Source of the DNA: Trueperaceae bacterium
Lineage (GTDB): Bacteria > Deinococcota > Deinococci > Deinococcales > Trueperaceae
Direction of reading: 5' to 3'
Assembly: GCA_965213925.1 (NCBI GenBank)
Contig: OZ243927.1
Coordinates: 1,440,001 to 1,504,000, forward strand
DNA: 64,000 nt
Below, in pieces: positions 29,158 through 38,248 of the stretch; positions within the stretch are counted from its first letter, which is position 1; every line of letters starts with the position of its first letter. The position numbers and the translations under genes were made by a program. The notes beneath the pieces are model-generated. The model did no database searches and was not told the DNA's origin. It saw nothing but the letters and a program-made list of their open reading frames with translations.

Positions 29158-30828
29158 GTGGATAAGCTCGAGTCCGACCTCTCCTTAGAAGCGCGCCGCA
29201 ACGACCCCTTTCACGCGCAGAAAAAATCGTGGGCGGAGCACGCCGAGGCGTTAGAAAGAGAGCGTGAGCGCGTCGCTAAAGGCGGCGGCGAAAAAGCCAT
29301 CAAGCGCCAGCACGGTAAGAACCGGCTGACGGCGAGAGAGCGTATCGCTAAACTGATTGATGAGGGTACGCCGTTCGATGAGCTGATGACCTTCGCAGGC
29401 GACGGATTATATGAAGAGGTCGGCGGTGCACCGTCGGGCGGGACGGTCGCGGGCATCGGCAAGGTGGCGGGGCGCGACTGGATGGTCATAGCGAACGACG
29501 CCACGGTCAAAGCGGGCGCGTTCTTTCCGATTACGGCGAAAAAAGTGATTCGGGCGCAGACGATTGCCTTGGAAAATCACCTCCCCACTATCTATCTCGT
29601 GGACTCGGCGGGTGTCTATTTGCCCATGCAAGACGAGATTTTCCCCGACCAAGACGACTTCGGGCGCGTCTTCTACCTCAACGCGCGGATGAGCGCGTTA
29701 GGCATCCCGCAGATGGCGGCGATCATGGGCAACTGCGTGGCGGGCGGTGCGTACTTGCCTGTTATGTGTGACACGCTCATTATGACGGAGGGCTCGGGGC
29801 TCTACTTGGCGGGTCCGGCTCTGGTCAAAGCCGCCATCGGGCAAGAGGTCAGCAGCGAGGACTTGGGCGGCGCGGCGATGCACGCGGAGGTCGCGGGAAC
29901 CGTGGACTATTTTGAACCGGACGACGAGAGCGCCTTAAAGAGGTTGCGCAGCTTGGCCGGAACCTACGCGCCCGCTGAGTTAGCGCCCTGGGCGGAGGAT
30001 AGGGGAGAGGTCAAAGAACCCAAGCTCAAGTCGCAAGACCTCTTGGGCGTTGTGCCCCCCGAGGGTGGTAAGCGCCCCTACGAAGTGCGCGAGGTGATCG
30101 GGCGGCTGGTGGACGGCTCTACGTTCGACGAGTACAAAGCGAAGTACGGCAAAACTATCGTCTGCGGCACGGCGCGTTTGGGTGGCTACGCGGTGGGCAT
30201 CGTGGCGAACCAGAAGACAGCCGTCAAATCGAAGGGGAAGCTCCAAGTCGGCGGCGTCATCTACGGCGACGCGGCGGACAAGGCGGCGCGCTTTATCCTC
30301 AACTGCAACCAGATGGGGATTCCCTTAATTTTTCTCCACGACGTGAACGGCTTTATGGTCGGACGTGAGAGCGAGCATGAGGGCATCATCCGACGCGGCG
30401 CGAAGATGGTCAACGCGGTTTCGAACAGCGTCGTGCCGCGTATCAGCGTCATCCTGGGCGGCTCGTACGGCGCGGGGCACTACGCGATGAGCGGCAAGGC
30501 GTACGCGCCGCGCTTTATCTTCGCGTGGCCGAGCGCCAAGTACAGCGTGATGGGCGGGCAGCAAGCCGCGAAGACCATTCTGGATATCCAAGCGGCGCAG
30601 CTTAAGCGTGCAGGCAAAGAGCCCGACGACGAAGAGATAGCTGCCTTATATGAGCAGATTCGCGGCGACTACGAACGCGCCCTGGATATCCGCTACGCGG
30701 CGGCGCGGCTCTGGGTGGATGAGGTGATTTTGCCGCTCGAGACCCGTGACCGCCTCATCCGCGCTTTAGACGCTTGTGCGCAAAATGCGGAGATGGAGGA
30801 ATTGAAAGTCGGTGTGTTTCAAGTATGA
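29158..30828 (+). CDS. Acyl-CoA carboxylase carboxyltransferase (methylcrotonyl-CoA carboxylase beta-like)
   Basis: RLTARERI, ANDATVKAG, YLVDSAG, GNCVAGGAY, LYLAGPALVK, GSYGAGHYAM, YAAARLWVD. The ORF-track start at 28933 lies just upstream of the MITE and reads through it; GTG 29158 has an AGGGG RBS. Confidence 0.92.
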   Translation: MDKLESDLSLEARRNDPFHAQKKSWAEHAEALERERERVAKGGGEKAIKRQHGKNRLTARERIAKLIDEGTPFDELMTFAGDGLYEEVGGAPSGGTVAGIGKVAGRDWMVIANDATVKAGAFFPITAKKVIRAQTIALENHLPTIYLVDSAGVYLPMQDEIFPDQDDFGRVFYLNARMSALGIPQMAAIMGNCVAGGAYLPVMCDTLIMTEGSGLYLAGPALVKAAIGQEVSSEDLGGAAMHAEVAGTVDYFEPDDESALKRLRSLAGTYAPAELAPWAEDRGEVKEPKLKSQDLLGVVPPEGGKRPYEVREVIGRLVDGSTFDEYKAKYGKTIVCGTARLGGYAVGIVANQKTAVKSKGKLQVGGVIYGDAADKAARFILNCNQMGIPLIFLHDVNGFMVGRESEHEGIIRRGAKMVNAVSNSVVPRISVILGGSYGAGHYAMSGKAYAPRFIFAWPSAKYSVMGGQQAAKTILDIQAAQLKRAGKEPDDEEIAALYEQIRGDYERALDIRYAAARLWVDEVILPLETRDRLIRALDACAQNAEMEELKVGVFQV

Positions 30829-30895
30829 AGGACTGAGGTCAAAGGACTGAGGACTGAGAGAAAAGAGGGTTTTACTCAGTCCTCAGTCCTTTCAT
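30826..30895. repeat. Heptamer-repeat hairpin at the carboxylase stop
   Basis: (ggactga)n ... (tcagtcc)n. Confidence 0.75.
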
Positions 30896-30978
30896 CTTTC
30901 CTCTTTGACATCCGAGTTGCAGGCCCATGTATTCGAGCACTCCGCGCATTTCCTCCCCTCACCTGTCATACTGTATCT

Positions 30979-31608
30979 ATGAACAACTCACCGTCTGAGT
31001 CAGTGCCCCGCCTCGTCGTCGTGGCGGCGTCGGCAGGGGGGCTCGTGGCGTTAGAGACGTTCCTCTCACACTTGCCCAAAAGCTTTCCCGCGCCGCTCGT
31101 CATCGTCTTGCACCTCTCGCCCGACCACCGCAGCATGATGGCGGAGGTTTTAGGGCGCTATACCGATATGCGGGTGAAGCAAGTCGAAGAGGGCGACACT
31201 TTAAGGGCGGGGACGGTCTACTGTGCGCCGCCGGACTTTCACGTGTTGGTGACGGACGAGCGGAAACTCACGCTGACGCACACAGTTCAAGTTCAATACG
31301 TGCGCCCCTCGGCGGACGCGCTCTTCGAGTCGGCGGCGCAGGTTTACGGCGCGGGCGTCGTGGCGGTGGTGCTCTCGGGTACGGGGCGCGACGGCAAAAA
31401 TGGCGTCGAAGTCGTCAAGGAGCGGGGCGGCGTCACCCTGGCGCAAGACGAGGCGAGTGCGCAGCATTTTGGGATGCCCAAAGCGTCGATTGAGACGGGC
31501 GTGGTGGACTTCGTGCTGCCGTTAGAGGAGCTTGCGACGAAGGTGCTCGAGCTGACCTCCTCCAACCCCGAACCCGACACCAAACGCACAGTTGAGGAGA
31601 CCCCGTGA
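30979..31608 (+). CDS. cheB: Stand-alone CheB methylesterase domain (no receiver domain)
   Basis: AASAGG (catalytic Ser), IVLHL (His), RPSADALF, LSGTGRDG (Asp), GMP. Confidence 0.92.
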   Translation: MNNSPSESVPRLVVVAASAGGLVALETFLSHLPKSFPAPLVIVLHLSPDHRSMMAEVLGRYTDMRVKQVEEGDTLRAGTVYCAPPDFHVLVTDERKLTLTHTVQVQYVRPSADALFESAAQVYGAGVVAVVLSGTGRDGKNGVEVVKERGGVTLAQDEASAQHFGMPKASIETGVVDFVLPLEELATKVLELTSSNPEPDTKRTVEETP

Positions 31609-33539
31609 GCGCCCCCGACGGTTCAACCAATAGCTTAGAGACCCTTGAGGTTCAAGATAGGGCAGCGTTCGAGGATTTGCTCGAGTACTTAAACGTAAAG
31701 CGCAGCATCGACTTCACGGGCTACAAGCGCACCTCTTTGATGCGGCGCTTCGGGCGGCGGATGCAGGTGGTCGGCACCGAATCCTACAGCGACTACCTCG
31801 ACTACTTGGAGGTCCACCCCGAAGAGTTCGATCTCTTGTTCAACACCGTTTTAATCAACGTGACCTCGTTTTTTCGCGATGAGGCGGCGTGGCGTGCGCT
31901 CGCGGAAGAGGTCGTCGCGCCTTTGGTGGAGCGGAAGGCAGGTGAGCCCATTCGCGCCTGGAGCGCGGGCTGCGCGACGGGCGAAGAGGCGTACTCGCTC
32001 GCGATTCTGCTCGCCGAGGCGCTAGGTGTGGACACCTTTCGCAAGCAGGTCAAGATTTACGCCACCGACATCGACGACGAAGACCTCGTTAGGGCGCGGC
32101 AGGGCGTCTACAGCGCGGACAGGGTCGCAGATATGAACGCAGACCTCTTGGAGCGCTACTTCGAGTACGCCTCGGGCAACTACGTCTTTCGGAACGACTT
32201 GCGCCGCGCCGTGATCTTTGGGCGGCACAATCTGGTCTCCGACGCGCCGATTTCGCAGCTCGACCTCTTGCTCTGCCGCAACACCATGATGTACTTTAAC
32301 CGCGAGTTGCAAGAGCGCGTCTTGGCGCGTTTTCACTTCGCGCTTAAAGAGGGCGGCGCGCTCTTTTTGGGCAAAGCCGAGACGATGCTCTCGCGCTCGG
32401 AGCGCTTCAAGCCGCTGAGCCTCAAGCACCGGCTCTTTACGAAGTCCGAAGGCGGGTCGCTGCGCGAACGCCTCCTCACGCTGACCCAGGCGGCCCGTAT
32501 GACCGGGGGTGAGGAGAGCGGGCGCTGGGTGGCGCAAGAGGTGCGGCTGCGCGAAGTCGCCTTTAACGTCTCGCCCGAAGCGCAGGTCGTGGTGGACGCT
32601 AGGGGGCGGCTCGCGCTCGCCAACAGCCGCGCCCGCACCCTGTTTGGTCTTTCCGACGAGAACATCGGGCGCAACTTTCAGGACTTGCGGCTCTCCTACC
32701 AGCCCGCCGAGCTGCGCACGGCGATGGAGAGCGTAACGCAAAAGCGTGACCTCATCCACCTGGGCGGCGTCGAATACGTCTATAACAATGAGGTGCTGCA
32801 CCTAGACGTGCAAATCGTCCCGCTGGTCAACGGGGGTTACAGTAACGGCAACGGTCCGAATGGGGCTACCCCTAAACCTTTGGGCGTCAGCATTCTCTTT
32901 CGCGACGTGACCTCTCACAAACGCTTGCAGAACAGCCTGGAACTCTCCAACGCCGAGCTAGAGACCGCCTACGAGGAGCTTCAGTCCACCAACGAGGAGT
33001 TAGAGACCACTAATGAGGAGCTTCAGTCCACGGTGGAAGAGTTAGAGACCACCAACGAAGAGATGCAGAGCACCAACGAAGAACTAGAGACGATGAACGA
33101 GGAGATGCAGTCCACCAACGAAGAGTTAGAAACCATGAACGAGGAGCTGCGCCTGCGCACCGAAGAGGTGGACCGCTTGAACGTCTTTTTGGAGTCGATC
33201 TTGGGCTCTCTGCGCGCGGCGGTGGTGGTATTAGACCATCAGCTTAATATCTATATCTGGAACGCCCGCGCGGAGGACCTGTGGGGCTTACGCGCCGACG
33301 AGGTGGCGGGGCGCTCGCTCTTCACCTTAGATATTGGAATTGACGTGGACGCCCTCAAAACGCCCGTACGCGCCTGCTTGACGGAACAGTCCAAACACGA
33401 AGAGGTGACGCTAGAGGCGCTCAACCGGCGCGGCAGGACGTTTCAGTGCCGCGTGACCTGTACGAGCTTTGAGGCACTGGACAACGATTTACGCGGAGTG
33501 ATTTTACTCATGGAGGAACAAGGGGCGAGTGATGCGTGA
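31605..33539 (+). CDS. cheR: CheR methyltransferase-PAS-coiled coil-PAS protein
   Basis: DFTGYKR, INVTSFFRD, WSAGCATGEEAYS, IYATDID, LLCRN, LFLGKAE; PAS; heptad tract EELQSTNEELETTNEELQS...; second PAS; no kinase domain. Confidence 0.92.
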   Translation: MSAPDGSTNSLETLEVQDRAAFEDLLEYLNVKRSIDFTGYKRTSLMRRFGRRMQVVGTESYSDYLDYLEVHPEEFDLLFNTVLINVTSFFRDEAAWRALAEEVVAPLVERKAGEPIRAWSAGCATGEEAYSLAILLAEALGVDTFRKQVKIYATDIDDEDLVRARQGVYSADRVADMNADLLERYFEYASGNYVFRNDLRRAVIFGRHNLVSDAPISQLDLLLCRNTMMYFNRELQERVLARFHFALKEGGALFLGKAETMLSRSERFKPLSLKHRLFTKSEGGSLRERLLTLTQAARMTGGEESGRWVAQEVRLREVAFNVSPEAQVVVDARGRLALANSRARTLFGLSDENIGRNFQDLRLSYQPAELRTAMESVTQKRDLIHLGGVEYVYNNEVLHLDVQIVPLVNGGYSNGNGPNGATPKPLGVSILFRDVTSHKRLQNSLELSNAELETAYEELQSTNEELETTNEELQSTVEELETTNEEMQSTNEELETMNEEMQSTNEELETMNEELRLRTEEVDRLNVFLESILGSLRAAVVVLDHQLNIYIWNARAEDLWGLRADEVAGRSLFTLDIGIDVDALKTPVRACLTEQSKHEEVTLEALNRRGRTFQCRVTCTSFEALDNDLRGVILLMEEQGASDA

Positions 33540-33864
33540 GCGAGATAAAAACAAAGTGGGTACGCCGGAGGCTGAAGCGGAGGCGAAAGCGCAAGAGGTC
33601 GAGCGCTTAGCGCGGAAGCTCGAGGCTGAAGTCGCTAGGGCGAAAGAGAGCACGAAGAGGTTAGAAACGACGATCAAACGCGCGGAAGAGGGGATTCACA
33701 CGCTCGAGGACCAAAGCCACAGCTTCGAGGAAACCCTCCACGACGCGCACGGCGAGCATCACGAGACCGAGGATAAGGTTGAGGAGCTAAAGGCCGATTC
33801 TAAAACCGACTCAGATACTGTTTTAGTCATCGAAGAAAGTACAAATGCACCTAATGAAACGTAA
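33532..33864 (+). CDS. Small charged coiled-coil protein translationally coupled to cheR
   Basis: Start overlaps the cheR stop; E/K/R-rich helical sequence. Confidence 0.65.
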   Translation: MRERDKNKVGTPEAEAEAKAQEVERLARKLEAEVARAKESTKRLETTIKRAEEGIHTLEDQSHSFEETLHDAHGEHHETEDKVEELKADSKTDSDTVLVIEESTNAPNET

Positions 33865-33983
33865 GCAAACGTCTAGTTCTAAACCGTAGAAAACGCTACA
33901 CTTTCTGGTGAGAAACTATTATGGAACTCCGGGGTGATTTCGGGAGAGCAACGTGAAGGACGTGGAAAGGACACTTCAACGAC

Positions 33984-35246
33984 GTGGCAACTGGCTTCAC
34001 ACAACGTATTGAAAAACTGCAGAGCTACATCGACACCTTGAAAAAGCGTACCGATGACCCTGTACTCGCTGACCTGGAGGTGTATGAGCAGCTTTCGACG
34101 ACGTTGGAGGAGCTTCAAGTCGCCGAGGAGGAGTTGACGCAGCAAAACGAGATGCTCGTTCAGGCTCAGGAGGGACTGGAGCGCGAGCGGGGGCGCTACC
34201 GCGACCTCTTCGAGTTCGCGCCGGACGGCTACCTGGTGACGGATAGCTCAGGGGTGATTCGCGAGGCGAACCGCGCCGCCGAGCGCCTTTTAGGTAAACC
34301 CGCTGACTATCTGCGCGGCAAACCTCTTTCGGTCTATTTGCATAGCGACGCTCAGCGCGACCTTCGCCAGACACTCGCGCGTCTCACAAGGCGAGAGGAT
34401 GAGGGGAGCGCAGCGCAACCCGAACGCTGGGAGTTAGGGCTCAAAACGGGGTATGAAGGTGAGGAGCCTACCGTAGAGGTCAAGGTGATGCAAGTTCGGG
34501 AGGACGAAGGCGTCACGTTCCGCTGGGGGCTGCGCGAGATCACGGAGCGCAAGGAGATGGAGGAGGCGCTCAGGCGAAGCCAGCTCCGCTTCCGCCAAGC
34601 TTTCCGCATCGGTCCCGTCGCCGCGATCATCACCTCTTTGGAGGACGAAACGCTCCTAGAGGTCAACAGCGCCTTCGAGCGCTTGACCGGCTATTCCCAG
34701 GACGAAGCGCTGGGGCGCACGAGCGAGGAGCTAGGCTTGTGGGCGTCCCCCGAAGACCAGGCTACGATTGAGCGGGCGATGAACGAGGGCGGCGCGTACC
34801 GCGAGGTCGAGCTGCACGTGCGCACGAAACATAACGGCGTGCGCAACATTTTATCCTCCACGGAAATCATCGCGCTGAACGGTCATAACGGCATGTTGCA
34901 CATGTTCTATGACATCACCAAGCGCAAGCAGAGCGAAGAGGAACTTATGCAAGCCATCAACACGGTGATGCAAGACACCGCCTGGTTCAGCCGCTCGGTG
35001 GTCGAAAAGCTCACGCAGCTCCAATCCGGCGAGTTAGACCCCAAGATGGTTTCCGAGCTGACTAAACGCGAGCGTCAAGTTTTAGAGCGCGTGGCGCAGG
35101 GTCACTCCAACGAGGCGATCTCAGAGGATTTGGGCATCGCCAAGCAAACCGTGCGCAACTACGTGACGCGCGTCTACGAGAAGCTGGGCGTACATACCCG
35201 CGCCGAAGCCGTCGTGTGGGCTCGAGAGCGGGGACTGTCGGGTTAA
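33984..35246 (+). CDS. Coiled coil-PAS-PAS-LuxR HTH transcriptional regulator
   Basis: LEELQVAEEELTQQNE, RYRDLFEFAPDGYLVTD (PAS1), EVNSAFERLTGY (PAS2), LTKRERQVL...GHSNEAI...TVRNYV...KLGV (LuxR). Confidence 0.9.
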   Translation: MATGFTQRIEKLQSYIDTLKKRTDDPVLADLEVYEQLSTTLEELQVAEEELTQQNEMLVQAQEGLERERGRYRDLFEFAPDGYLVTDSSGVIREANRAAERLLGKPADYLRGKPLSVYLHSDAQRDLRQTLARLTRREDEGSAAQPERWELGLKTGYEGEEPTVEVKVMQVREDEGVTFRWGLREITERKEMEEALRRSQLRFRQAFRIGPVAAIITSLEDETLLEVNSAFERLTGYSQDEALGRTSEELGLWASPEDQATIERAMNEGGAYREVELHVRTKHNGVRNILSSTEIIALNGHNGMLHMFYDITKRKQSEEELMQAINTVMQDTAWFSRSVVEKLTQLQSGELDPKMVSELTKRERQVLERVAQGHSNEAISEDLGIAKQTVRNYVTRVYEKLGVHTRAEAVVWARERGLSG

Positions 35247-35503
35247 TCCAGGGTGGAACGGGTGCAAGCCGAGCACTCATCGCGAGTAAGAGAGCATGGA
35301 GCGCAGGAGGGATAGAAAATTTATCCTCCTGTCTTAGTCTTGCCTTCTCAGTACCCACCCCTGAGTACATCTGCCTCTATTCGTAGCCCCTTTTTTTGTG
35401 TACTCTTAGAAGTAAACAGTAGTCTGTGAGGTCGGTGAAGAGGTTTGTTTGAGACAGCCTCGCGGGTCTTGCGGGCTGTCTTGAATCTACTTTGGGGGTA
35501 GAG

Positions 35504-35734
35504 ATGACACATTTCGGGGAGTACTTCAAACTTTTGGAACGCTTAGACACTTCGCTAGAGTCCACCTCAGCGAAGGAATGCTCAGAAAAAGAGTTGGAGG
35601 CGCGTCTGCGTGAACTTGGTTATATCGTGCGGCACGACGAGAGGCTTGAGCCCTGGCAGCGCACTGTCCTCTTAGAGCAGCTTTTTTTACTGCAACGCCC
35701 TACGCTTGCACCGAAGCGCGTACATGATGCATAA
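35504..35734 (+). CDS. Small hypothetical protein
   Basis: GGGGG RBS-like tract before ATG; no recognisable motif. Confidence 0.4.
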   Translation: MTHFGEYFKLLERLDTSLESTSAKECSEKELEARLRELGYIVRHDERLEPWQRTVLLEQLFLLQRPTLAPKRVHDA

Positions 35735-36245
35735 GTACCCCTTCCGTTAGGGCATTTGTCACTAGCGGAGGACGACCATACCTGCTTTAATAGAGTACGG
35801 CGTTTGCGTCGTGACATCTGCCGGGGGACGGTAAGCCCACATGAATCCTAAGTTCTGTGGGCTCTTTCTTGGCGGGTCAAAGTGCCGCGGTCCTCAGGCG
35901 ACAGCGGAATTGTACAAAGGTGCGCGCTGGAACATGTTTTTGTAGAGTATGAGTGTTGCTTCACATAGGTGCTCGCACTAATTTAAGTTAAACCAAAAGA
36001 GCGTTGTTAAAGCTGCGCAATACCGTACAGCATTTCCACACTTCGCTGCACCAACTGATTGCGTCTGTTTCTTCTCGCATCCGCTCGCACGTTTCTTTGC
36101 TACAGCAAAGAAACGTGGAAATGCTAGTAGAATCAGCAGTTCGAACGCTCTAGGACAGTCAAAACTAATTAGGTAAGAGTACTTAACTTCGTCCAAACTG
36201 ACCAGATGAAGTCGCGTGGTGCGCTCCCGCTAGACCTGCTATCTG

Positions 36246-36713
36246 CTAAGCGTGCCACTGCCCTAACATCTTCCGAACGGTCACGATTTGCCCTAAGTGA
36301 TAGGCGTTGTGGTCGGCGATGAGCAGGAGTTGGCGCAGGTAGGTGCGCCCTTCGCCGTGCGGAATGCTCGCGGTCAGGTCAGCCTCTCGCGTCAGTGTCA
36401 CGGCTTCGTCTAAACCCTCCTCGAATCCCCTGCGCGTTTCTTGCCACGTCTCTTCGGGTAGAAAAGATACGTTTTGGGGCCAGTATTCGTCCGGCCACTC
36501 GGGCGACGCCCACTCGGGGTCGGTGGTATAGCGCAAGATATCCTCTTGCGCCACACGCATGTGTTCCAAAAGTTGCCAGATGGAGTGGAGACCGGGCTGA
36601 GCGTGCGCCCGCCACTCGGGGCTGAGGTCCTCTAGGGCGTACTCCAAAGTCGCGTGTGCCTGCGCCCCGCGCAGCAACTTGACGACCTCTTCGCGGAACG
36701 TTTGGTCGTTCAT
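36246..36713 (-). CDS. DinB family protein
   Basis: HSIWQLLEHM, WPDEYWP, ADHNAYHLGQI metal triad. Confidence 0.9.
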   Translation of the reverse strand: MNDQTFREEVVKLLRGAQAHATLEYALEDLSPEWRAHAQPGLHSIWQLLEHMRVAQEDILRYTTDPEWASPEWPDEYWPQNVSFLPEETWQETRRGFEEGLDEAVTLTREADLTASIPHGEGRTYLRQLLLIADHNAYHLGQIVTVRKMLGQWHA

Positions 36714-36928
36714 CAGCTTAGCGTACCAACTGACGCGCCGAAGAGGTGCGCGATGTGAGGCGCGGCGGTGGCGGCGTCTTGCAGCGCGTCGGGGCGGCTC
36801 AAAAGGCGTACCAAGGCGAAGCCTAAGCCGATGAGTAGCGCGATGACGACAACCGCGAGGACAATACGCACGACGATTTGTAAGTTAGAGCGCACCTCGC
36901 CGGGGGCTTCTTTGTTAGGTTCGGCCAC
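36713..36928 (-). CDS. Small single-TM hypothetical protein
   Basis: GGAAGG before GTG 36928; one hydrophobic helix; TGATG overlap with the DinB gene. Confidence 0.55.
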   Translation of the reverse strand: MAEPNKEAPGEVRSNLQIVVRIVLAVVVIALLIGLGFALVRLLSRPDALQDAATAAPHIAHLFGASVGTLS

Positions 36929-37118
36929 GGTCTTCCTTCCTATAGGGCTCGAGTTGAAAGGGTAATGATGTTTCATGTATAGCCTCGAGCTTTGTGAATG
37001 ACGCTATGTCGGGGTCGGAGCTAGCGAAAGGGACCGTAACGGCGTGACTCCTTTTTCGGCTCCCGGCGCTCGGTGAGCGCCCCGCTATCGTAACCTGCCC
37101 GCTATCGTAACCTAAACG

Positions 37119-37712
37119 TCACGCTTGGCTGCGCTCATCCAGCACAGGTTCGTTGCCCGGCTTCCACTTGACCGTACAGCCGAGCGCGTACGTTTCCGGC
37201 TCCTTGACGGCGTCGCCCTTTAGAAGCGCGTTTAAAGCGTCCTTTAACTCGTGCGTGCTCGCCTTCTCGGGCTCCTTGAGGTTGTCGTCGATTCTGCCGT
37301 GATAGGCGAGCGTGCGCTCCTCACCAAAAACCAGGATTTCTGGCGTGCGAAAGGTGCGGTACGCCTGCGCGACCTCTTGCGTCTCGTCGAAGAGGTAAGG
37401 GAAGGGGAGCGCGTGCGTCTCGGCGAACGTTTGCATCCCTTCAAAGCTGTCGTCGGGGTAGCGCGCGGCGTCGTTCGAGTTGACCATGACGAACTGAACG
37501 CCCTTATCTTCGTAAGCTTGCGCCAAGCGTTTGAGCCTGTCCAGCGCGGCGAGGACGTAAGGGCAGTGGTTACAACCCTGAACGTAGACGAAGAGGCTCG
37601 AGTCGATGTCCTCGAGGCGGTAAATCTTCTCATCCACGCCGGGCAGCGCGAAGTCGGGCGCATGTGCGCCGATGGGGAGCGGGTCGGGGTGCGTTTTTAT
37701 GCGGGCTTTCAT
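37119..37712 (-). CDS. Thioredoxin-like/AhpC-TSA family protein
   Basis: IGAHAPDFALPG, CNHCPYV, YPDDSF, FPYLFDETQEVA, YHGRIDD, GCTVKW; GAGGAGG RBS. Confidence 0.9.
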   Translation of the reverse strand: MKARIKTHPDPLPIGAHAPDFALPGVDEKIYRLEDIDSSLFVYVQGCNHCPYVLAALDRLKRLAQAYEDKGVQFVMVNSNDAARYPDDSFEGMQTFAETHALPFPYLFDETQEVAQAYRTFRTPEILVFGEERTLAYHGRIDDNLKEPEKASTHELKDALNALLKGDAVKEPETYALGCTVKWKPGNEPVLDERSQA

Positions 37713-38007
37713 CAAAGTCCTCCTCAAATCAAAGCTGCTTTCGACGTTCTTTCGGTTATACTAGCAGGTATCATCTGGTTTGAGACGCCCTCACTATAGA
37801 AAACACTGCGTAGCACGCACGCTATGAGATGATAGCTGCGGCGTTCTGCCTCAGTATGTTTTGGAAGTGCTATACCGAGCGTGAGGTGAGTTATGTGTAT
37901 CCTTGGGTCACGCCCGAGGAGCTGCCGCGCTAAACTAGAGTGAATGAAAGAGGAGCGAACATCAAGGAAAACAGGGGGAGGGCTCGAGCCTCTAAAAAGA
38001 GTATTGG

Positions 38008-38220
38008 GTACACCGTTAATTAAGTTTTGTTGCACGGACCTCTTACTTGTCACCCCGAGCGCAGTCGAGGGGTCTCGTCCCGCAATCTCCGATAGCAAAG
38101 AAGGCAAATGCAGAGATTCTTTCATCGTTCATCCGACGCTGCGCGGTTCGTTGGACCGAAAGGGGGCTCCGCTGCGCTTCGTTCAGAATGACATAGCTCA
38201 CGCTTTACCCGACGCTTTGC
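38008..38220 (+). mobile_element. MITE-like dispersed repeat, copy 3 (right end decayed)
   Basis: GTACACCGTTAA left end; TGTCACCCCGAGCGCAGTCGAGGGGTCTCG; GAGATTCTT; TTCAGAATGACA. Confidence 0.75.
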
Positions 38221-38248
38221 CCACCCAATCCACCAAGGACGCACCCCA

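Noticed and set aside
32950..33150. 21-bp periodic DNA repeat in cheR as an independent element
   Set aside because: Explained by the protein heptad repeat; synonymous positions vary.
35250..36240. Riboswitch, LuxR operator array (recurrent AGTAC) or gene remnant downstream of the LuxR gene
   Set aside because: The AGTAC pentamers are irregularly spaced and too short; no recognisable RNA motif; ORF 35978-36196 lacks support.
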